A stretch of DNA of 64,000 bases. Origin: Histomonas meleagridis 2922-C6/04-290x (lineage: Eukaryota > Protista > Parabasalia). The position numbers and the translations under genes were made by a program. The notes beneath the pieces are model-generated. The model had not been told where the DNA came from, made no database searches, and was given only the letters and a program-made list of their open reading frames with translations. Position 1 is the first letter of the stretch; each line of letters starts with the position of its first letter. This document shows positions 56,150 to 64,000 of this stretch, piece by piece. The stretch lies in assembly GCA_020184695.1 (NCBI GenBank), contig JAANOX010000138.1, positions 1 through 64,000 of the forward strand, given 5' to 3'.

Positions 56150-58324
56150 ACCAAAATGCTAACTATTACTAATTCTAGTGAATATTCAGGGAGAAATACA
56201 TATAAAAGTCAAACACAGCTTAATAATAATTAGAGGTGTTGAAATATTAAATACAAATAGTTTTTATAGTTGGACATCATTAATTTCAGTTGAAATTGGG
56301 GATTCAGTTATATCAATTGGAAATTATGCATTTGCTTATTGTTCGATCTTAAATCAATAATGATTGGCAATAATGTTACAATAATTTGAAATAGTGCATT
56401 TCGATCATGCACATCTTTGACTAATATTAAAATTTGGGATTCAGTTACCGCAATTCAAAGTTATGCATTTTATTCATGCTCATCATTAACAAGTATTACA
56501 ATTACAAATTCAGTTACTTCAATTCAAAGTTATACATTTTATTCATGCTCAAAATTAGAAACAGTTATTATTGGAGAAAATGTAACAACAATTGGAACTT
56601 ATGCATTTCGATCATGTTCATCATTAACAAATATTACAATTCCAAATTCAGTTACTTCAATTCAAAGTTATGCATTTTATTCATGCTCAAAATTAGAAAC
56701 AGTTATTATTGGAGAAAATGTAACAACAATTGGAAATTATGAATTTCAAACATGCACATCATTAACAAATATTACAATTCCAAAATCTGTCAGTTCAATA
56801 GGAACGGGTATTTTTTCAGGATGTACGAAACTTGAATTTATTCAAGTATCAGAAGAAAATAAATATTATTGTAATGGAAATAATGGTGTTCTTTATGATA
56901 AAGGATTAACAATAATTATATGTTGTCCACCAGTAATTTCAGATACGACATTTGAAATACCAAATACGATTACAACAATTGATGATTATTCATTTTATCG
57001 ATGTTCATTATTAACAAGTATTACAATTCCGAATACAGTTAATTTGATTGGCACATATGCATTTTATTCATGTTCAAAATTAACAAGTATTACAATTCCA
57101 GAAACAGTAACTTCAATTGGAAGTTATGCATTTTATTCATGTTCAAAATTAACAAGTATTACAATTCCAAATTTGGTTACTTCAATTCAAAGTTATACAT
57201 TTCAGTCATGTATAGCATTAGAAACAGTTATTATTGAAGGAAAAATTACTTCGATTGGAACTTATACATTTTATTCATGTTCAAAATTAACAAATATTAC
57301 AATTCCAAATTTGGTTACTTCAATTCAAAGTTATACATTTTATTCATGTACAGCATTAGAAACAGTCATTATTGAAGGAAAAATTACTTCGATTGGAAGT
57401 TCTGCTTTTCGATCATGTTCATCATTATTAAATATTACAATTCCGGATACAGTTAATTCGATTGGAACTTACGCATTTGGATACTGCACAAATCTTACAT
57501 GTATTTATTTCACTGGTTATCAATCCCCAACGATTAATTCCAATGCATTTTATGGCATAAAAGCGAAATCTGTTATGACATCAGATTTATATAGTTCCTC
57601 GAATTTCGGAACGCTTGGAGTATCACTTGGAACACCAACAGAAGAATGCGAACAATATCCATGGCCGACACACACATTCACAGAATCAAATACATTTTCA
57701 AACACATTTACTCAATCGAATTCATTCACTCAATCGGATTCATTTACAAAATCAAATTCATTTTCTCAATCAAATAAATTTACGAATTCGAACACATTTA
57801 CTTCATCGAATTCATTTACAGCTTCAAAAAAAATCGGCGAAACATATAATCGCACAATAATTATCACACAAACATTAACACAAACGATTACGCCTAAACT
57901 TACATTTACAGATACTATAACTATTTCTATGTTTGGTTCATCGACTTATTATATAAATACAATATTTATTTATTACGAGTATACATTTATTCAATATTCA
58001 TCATGTTTTTCATATTATTCAGGTTTTTATACAGTTCTTCAAAACCAAAGTGATGACACAAATGAAGAACAAAATAATATAAATCAAATTATCATCGGAG
58101 TTTGTGTTGGCGTCGCAGTTATTATAATCATTTCGATACTTGTTGTAATACTTGTTCGTATTCGAAACAAAAAACTAAGTGATGAAGAAAGTGTTGTTGA
58201 TGAAAACATGAACAACAATAGTGACAACATTTCAATGAACAACTTCACTGTCAATTTATCGAACATTGATGAAGATCCATTTGTAGATGATTTCAAAGAA
58301 AACAATTTCTTCGCAAATATTTAA
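56150..58324 (+). CDS. BspA-like (LRR_5/TpLRR) surface protein; 5' end disrupted, possible pseudogene
   Basis: 23-aa repeats (SLTSITIPNSVTSIQSYAFYSC), FTxSNxF hexapeptide stalk, TM IIGVCVGVAVIIIISILVVILV and acidic tail. The long ORF starts at TTG 56417; upstream LRRs carry two frameshifts and a TGA. Confidence 0.8.
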
Positions 58325-58868
58325 TTGATGCTTAGTAAAAACGGCTGCGTTATTTTTTTTTTAATCTTTCACCTAAAACTTATTAAATGTGTGGATGTCC
58401 ATATCGAATGGAGAAATCACTTTGAGTTTTATAAAACAAAGTTGTGGTCAAAGTGGAAATTAAAAAACCAAATTGAAATTTGTTTCATTATTAGATATTA
58501 CAGCATCTAATATTAAATCTTTTCATGTTTTGTCTAAGTTGTTAATCAACTAATATTTCGTCACAATGAAATTTAATGACAAATTGTAATGTTCAGTAAA
58601 AATCATATTTTTACTTTTAAGGAGCTCTAATAATCCGGGCGAATCACTGTGTGTTGCATAAAAAATGATAGAAGTTGAATATTTATAATTTTTGGAATTC
58701 CATGAAAACAATGATCATGCAACATCCAATAAATGATGAATATTTAATATCATTAACAAAGAAAAAGCAACGTATAAACAAAAAATTGTGAAACTTTCAA
58801 AATAAAAAAATATTGCATTTGTTGATTCCAAAAGAAAAAATATTAAAATACTGTAAAAGACCAGCAAT

Positions 58869-59432
58869 TTACTCAATAACACAGCATGAACCTTCAGCCT
58901 TTGGAGCTTCTGGCTCCTTGGGTGGTGCTGTAAGCATCTTTCCTATTTGTTGAAATACTTCTTGAATGTTAATTGCTGATAAAGCCGATGTTTCTAGAAA
59001 TACACCATGATATTTTTTGGCAAGGTCTTGACCTTCTTCTTGAGTTACTTGTCGTTTAGATTCTTTATCACATTTATTTCCTGCAAGGACGAATTTGAAG
59101 TCATCGCCTTCATGAAGGACTGATATTTGCTCAAGTAGTGTATCAGCCATCTGTATTGAACGTGCGTCAATGATACTATAAACAATAAGAAATGCGTCAC
59201 CTTCAGCCATAAACTTATCACGAAGTGCTTTGTAATCCTCTTGTCCAGCTGTGTCTGCTATTTCTATCTCTAGTACTTCTTTATTTTCTAACTCAATTTT
59301 AGCATGATAATTATCCTCAAGAGTTGGCTCATAGCCTTCTGAAAATTGATCCTTTGTGTATCTGACGATGATAGATGTTTTCCCAACACCTCCATCTCCT
59401 GCAACAACCAGTTTGGGCTTCTTTTCACTCAT
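58869..59432 (-). CDS. Ras-family small GTPase
   Basis: GDGGVGKT, YEPTLEDNY effector loop, DTAGQE, NKCD, ETSA; C-terminus CCVIE; first ATG 59432. Confidence 0.92.
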   Translation of the reverse strand: MSEKKPKLVVAGDGGVGKTSIIVRYTKDQFSEGYEPTLEDNYHAKIELENKEVLEIEIADTAGQEDYKALRDKFMAEGDAFLIVYSIIDARSIQMADTLLEQISVLHEGDDFKFVLAGNKCDKESKRQVTQEEGQDLAKKYHGVFLETSALSAINIQEVFQQIGKMLTAPPKEPEAPKAEGSCCVIE

Positions 59433-61155
59433 CCTAAAGTAAGCTTTTTGACTGATATAATCAAATTTATGAAGTTTACTCCGATCAACCACAGAAATAC
59501 AGCACTCAAAGCACTTATCAATTTTAAGAGGAGACGATACAATTAGCGAAATAAACTATTGATTTAAAACATGTTTTTTAAGAAAAAAAACTGACACTTT
59601 ATTGAAGTTGTAATCGAATCCGGTTAAGCTTAACGTATTTAAACGGTCTGTCCCCACGCTGGTTTGGCCAACACTTTCAAAATAAAAAAACATGAATTTC
59701 TGTTTTAAAACAGAAAATATAAATATTATATTTTAATGATAATTTGAATTACCTATTTGTTGCTGAGAATTGTTTTATCATTTACGAAAATAATTACAAT
59801 AAATTATTACGTTTGAGTCCCAATTGATAAAGGAATAGACATAATAGATAAGATGTCTGAATTTCATATGTGGTAAGTGCAAAGGCTGAAAGTGATTATA
59901 TCAAATCTATTCATAATCGTTAAATATGAAAGTCTTATTAACTTAAAAACTTTTAGAATAAGCAACTAACATATGATGAACACACCTTGGTAGTAAAGGG
60001 TTGTCCTAAATGGAATCAAAATTTGAGGGACCAAAATGTGGGAAGTATCATCTAGAGGATACTAAATTCAAAAATATCCAATTTGGAACCCATCCTTTAT
60101 GGATTTTTTTAGGGATTCCAAAAAAATCTTGCTGAGTATAAAGAAAATGGAAATTTTAAGTTTTGCATTTTTCTAAAATAATGCATTGGTTGTGAAGTTG
60201 ATCATTTGGCTTGTTATAAATATTCCACCATGACTTGATTTTCGGTCGATATGATTCCTTGATTTCATAAACCTTTAATATGTTTCGCACAAGCAACACA
60301 AATTTCTTTGTAGCCAAACAATTCATCAACATCACAATAAACTTAATATTTAAATTTTCCATCTATAAATATTTTATGAACATCTTTTTCAAAAAATACA
60401 TTTTCTTCTTCTGGTTGCTTGCAGTCACCCATCGCTAGGGTGCTTGGAATTTTGGAATCTTTTTCCATTATTATTAATAATATCTGAAATTGTATATATA
60501 TAAATTTTACGATCTATACACGATGAACAAATAACAAAATTTCACTCCAAATGTATAAGAAAGGACTACAGTCTAACCTTAATCCTAAATCATCAATTTG
60601 AAATTAGACAAATTGTCATTATATTTACATTTTCTTTCAAAAATATCTAACTTTAAAGGTACGCATTTGCGGTTAGAAGGATTTATTTCAAACCAGAAAG
60701 CATGGTTCCAAAACGTGATAATTTCTCATTTCGATTCAAACCCACATACCAACCCCAATATATCCATTTTGTGTTAGGCCTTCCTGCGTTTGCACAAATT
60801 TAAAATTTCTTGATTTAAGTGCATTTAAAACTTTTCATCATAAGATTGTTGAAAATAGTGTTGTTATTGAGTCATCACCTTCGTTTGTAATGAAGTCAAA
60901 ACAAATGAAAAATATTTTATTATGGTCATAATCAATAAGATGGTGAATTGCCTTTCATTTTTCCTTTTAATCTAGATTAGCAAAAAAACGCGTTAATTAA
61001 TTAAAAATGAAGTTAATTGGATCACCATTTTAATGATTTTATGTATATATATATATTGAATCTTAAATCGATAATATGCTATGAAAACAAAGAAATAAAA
61101 ATTTTTTATTTGGAAAATATTATTTCTGGAATTATATCTAATGAAATAATATTTT

Positions 61156-61755
61156 TTAACTTATATAACATTTCTTTGGATGGAGCCGCTTATAGGCATC
61201 TTGTGGAGATTCATAATCTTCAGAAACAACAATGTCAAGTGCTGATGTCATAACTTCGTTCAAGTTATGACGCTCTTTTGCCGAACATTCAATATATTTA
61301 AGTGCACCAATTTGGTCTTTCATTTCTTCGATTTGATTTGTTTGTATCATTTCGCTTTTTATGTTATCTTCTTTATCCCTAAGATCACACTTCGTTCCAA
61401 CCAAAATAATTGGTCTACCTGGGCAATATTTGTTGATTTTTTCAATCCAATAATTTTTGATATTGGAAAAAGAATTCTGACAAACAAGAGAAAAACAAAT
61501 AATAAAAACATCAATATCAACGAATGTAATAGGGAGCAATTTCATGACTGCTTCATCGTTGTTAACTTCCATAATATCAAGTAAGATATTATGCCCCTCA
61601 TACATGAAATTGCAAGGAGTACCCAAGAAACAATTTGGGTTATATTCATCTTGAAAATTATTGCTAAAATGGGTGTATAGCAGTGCTGTTTTGCCAACGC
61701 CACTATCACCAATAAAAGCAAATCTACAATGCAAGGAAAGTTTTCTCTGGTTCAT
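61156..61755 (-). CDS. Atypical Rho/Rac-like GTPase
   Basis: GDSGVGKT, DVFIICFSLV, W..I..YCPGRPIILVGTKCDLR, YIECSAK, CaaX CYIS; switch I and G3 motifs degenerate. Confidence 0.85.
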   Translation of the reverse strand: MNQRKLSLHCRFAFIGDSGVGKTALLYTHFSNNFQDEYNPNCFLGTPCNFMYEGHNILLDIMEVNNDEAVMKLLPITFVDIDVFIICFSLVCQNSFSNIKNYWIEKINKYCPGRPIILVGTKCDLRDKEDNIKSEMIQTNQIEEMKDQIGALKYIECSAKERHNLNEVMTSALDIVVSEDYESPQDAYKRLHPKKCYIS

Positions 61756-61893
61756 TTACAGTAATCCATAGAAAAAGTTCCACAACGATCGTTTTTGATT
61801 CAATTCACCAACAAACAAAATTCAAAATAATTTGCAATCGATTGCTTTTAAGGTATATCTCTTTATTAAAATAAACACAAATACTGATAACTA

Positions 61894-63375
61894 TCAATCT
61901 TTTTTGTACTTTTCTTGGATTCTTAACAACATCCGCTCATTTTGTCGTTTCAATTCTTCCTCATCAATACCGAAAATTTCGTCATCATTCTTCTGGAGAT
62001 ACGCTATCAATAGTACAACTATTGGAATAACAATAATTGCAATTGTAGAAAAGAATGTAGTGTATGGATAAAGACGGAATAAACCATTCCATGCTCCTTT
62101 GGTCACTTTAATCAAGTCGAAAAAAGATGTTACAATACCACTATTACGAATGAGACCAAAGAAGCGATGAATTCTTATCGTCCAAATTCTACGTTTTTGT
62201 CTTTTAAGAAATACATCATGGGTCCATCTGTAAGAATCAACCTCATTTGTTGAAACCATTATATTATTAAAACCAATAGAACCACCATCAATTGATTCCA
62301 TCTCGAATCCAATACCAGTAATTGGACCAAATTTATATGGCTCACTGTCACAGAAATACTGTGGATTGGGAACCTTGCGTGGTTTGTAAGGACCTTGGTA
62401 GTTTGGATTTGGAATCATTTTTGGAATCCACTTTCCTCGATAAAGAGGATTGGAAATCATTGGTGGCTTGTATTCTCCACATCCAATGTTACACTTAGGA
62501 TTTGGAATATATGATGGTGTCCATTTACCAAAAAGTTCATCATTCCACTCAGCAGGTTTTTCAGTTGGAACCATTAATGGTTCACCAACAAGCCACCCTT
62601 CAGGTGGACTAACATGCTCTGGGTCGGGAATCATTGGAGGTTGGCTTTCATCCCAATCATCAGGTTTCTGATCTTGAGGATCAGGAATTTTTAAACGGTC
62701 ATCCCACTCTGGCGGTTTTTGATCGTTCGGATCGTTGATGAATTCAGGCGGGTTCACAGGAGGTGCGAAGTCTTTAAGAAGACTGCCAGTACGAAGAAGA
62801 GTCTGATCAATTAAAATGTTGAATGTGTTATTTGGAAATATCATAAGGGTATAAAGATGATTGTGCTTATCAGGAAGAAATGTGGGTGGATATTTTATCT
62901 TTTTTTCTTCGAATGAGCCATTGAGAGGATTCAAATGATAGAATGAAAAATACACTTTGGAGTTTTTTCCACAAACCTCTGGTCCGAATTTAATTAAGTA
63001 TGGTGTTTTTTCAGAAAGATTTAAAGGATCAAAATTTGGACCGAATACTTTAATACCTAAATCTGTACACATGATTCCTTCTGTAAGTAGTATTTCATAC
63101 TGAATGATTAATGGTTCATTGTCGATTTTAATTGCTGGTTTAATACTTGCTGATATTCCATAATGGTGTCTTCCTTTTGATGTTATAAAAAGCATTTTTT
63201 CACCATTGAACATTTGAGGTTGTTTTGTTTCAAGTGATTCCCATTCACCTTTATAATTTGGTAATTTTGTTGATACGAACTTATTATTCCAATCGCCATT
63301 TTCAAAAGATTGGAAAAAAACAAAATTACTTGAAGGTTCAGATATAGCTAAATGGATAAAAACAAATATAACCAT
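61894..63375 (-). CDS. Calnexin-like ER membrane protein (calreticulin family)
   Basis: Signal peptide, FGPEVCG, HLYTL, P-domain repeats (KPPEWDD, KPDDWDE, GEYKPPMISNPLYRGKW), TM and KxKxx ER-retrieval tail (KYKKD); ATG 63375. Confidence 0.88.
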   Translation of the reverse strand: MVIFVFIHLAISEPSSNFVFFQSFENGDWNNKFVSTKLPNYKGEWESLETKQPQMFNGEKMLFITSKGRHHYGISASIKPAIKIDNEPLIIQYEILLTEGIMCTDLGIKVFGPNFDPLNLSEKTPYLIKFGPEVCGKNSKVYFSFYHLNPLNGSFEEKKIKYPPTFLPDKHNHLYTLMIFPNNTFNILIDQTLLRTGSLLKDFAPPVNPPEFINDPNDQKPPEWDDRLKIPDPQDQKPDDWDESQPPMIPDPEHVSPPEGWLVGEPLMVPTEKPAEWNDELFGKWTPSYIPNPKCNIGCGEYKPPMISNPLYRGKWIPKMIPNPNYQGPYKPRKVPNPQYFCDSEPYKFGPITGIGFEMESIDGGSIGFNNIMVSTNEVDSYRWTHDVFLKRQKRRIWTIRIHRFFGLIRNSGIVTSFFDLIKVTKGAWNGLFRLYPYTTFFSTIAIIVIPIVVLLIAYLQKNDDEIFGIDEEELKRQNERMLLRIQEKYKKD

Positions 63376-64000
63376 TTGTTCTGGTTTTTTGATTATATTT
63401 GAATCGTTTTTGATCGTAAGCAATCTTTGTAATGACCGTTTTTCTTAATTTAATTTTACTTAAGTTCGATACTAATAATTTAATTCAAAATGTTTTTTAT
63501 TTGCTTTACTAATTATCACTTTAAAGTATATTCGTCTAGTTGCATATTTTAATTGAATTTTTGCAAAAAGTGCAGTCGTACTAATTTCAAATACGATTTT
63601 ACTATAAAGTGGTTGCAGAAAGGTTTCCAAACGATATAATCAAATGAATGAAAAATCATCGGATTCATATTCAAAAACTGAAGTGTATATAAAATCATTC
63701 TTCAACCACTTTATATAAAAAATCATATCTTCATTTAACGCTTTAATCTGAATCGACTGAAATCTTCGAACTGAAAACAATTTATTGTCTTATTGATGTA
63801 GAAACTAAAAATAGATTTATCACTCAAAACATTTGTTGAGATGGTACATCTATCACTGCTCAACAATAGTTTTCTTCGCGCTGTCGTTAACATAATTACT
63901 CATTTCTGCTCACAAACAATTGAACCCATTCGCACTCAGAAGTATTTTCACATCAAAAATTTTATTAAATTTGAGGTATAAATCCATGTGCCGAACAGAA

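Noticed and set aside
59900-60900. Protein-like broken frames on the minus strand
   Set aside because: Many stops and no recognisable family; cannot be called a pseudogene of anything specific.

Overview
AT-rich, gene-dense eukaryotic DNA with no canonical introns that I could find. The gene content points to a parabasalid (trichomonad): trichomonad-type beta-tubulin, DUF3447/ankyrin family, a BspA-like LRR surface protein and many kinases. I cannot fix the species. It holds about 25 intact housekeeping or signalling genes, one tRNA-Glu(UUC), two decayed DNA transposons (Helitron-like Rep/PIF1 at about 8.2-10.2 kb; P-element-like at about 21-24.6 kb), several pseudogenes and two bacterial-type genes (HD hydrolase, ferredoxin-nitroreductase fusion). 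The standout signal is a family of DUF3447-ankyrin genes in which nearly every ankyrin repeat is split at the same point (after NAKDI, before TAL) by an AT-rich spacer, usually 77 nt. The spacer is built from 3-4 degenerate 20-nt units, has no frame-restoring GT-AG splice sites, and shifts the frame at each repeat, yet the ankyrin modules of the best locus (42858-45360) are stop-free and vary at binding-surface positions. This suggests a non-canonical excision or recoding system, or a silent cassette reservoir; the mechanism is inference and needs RNA or proteomic data. All counts were made by hand.
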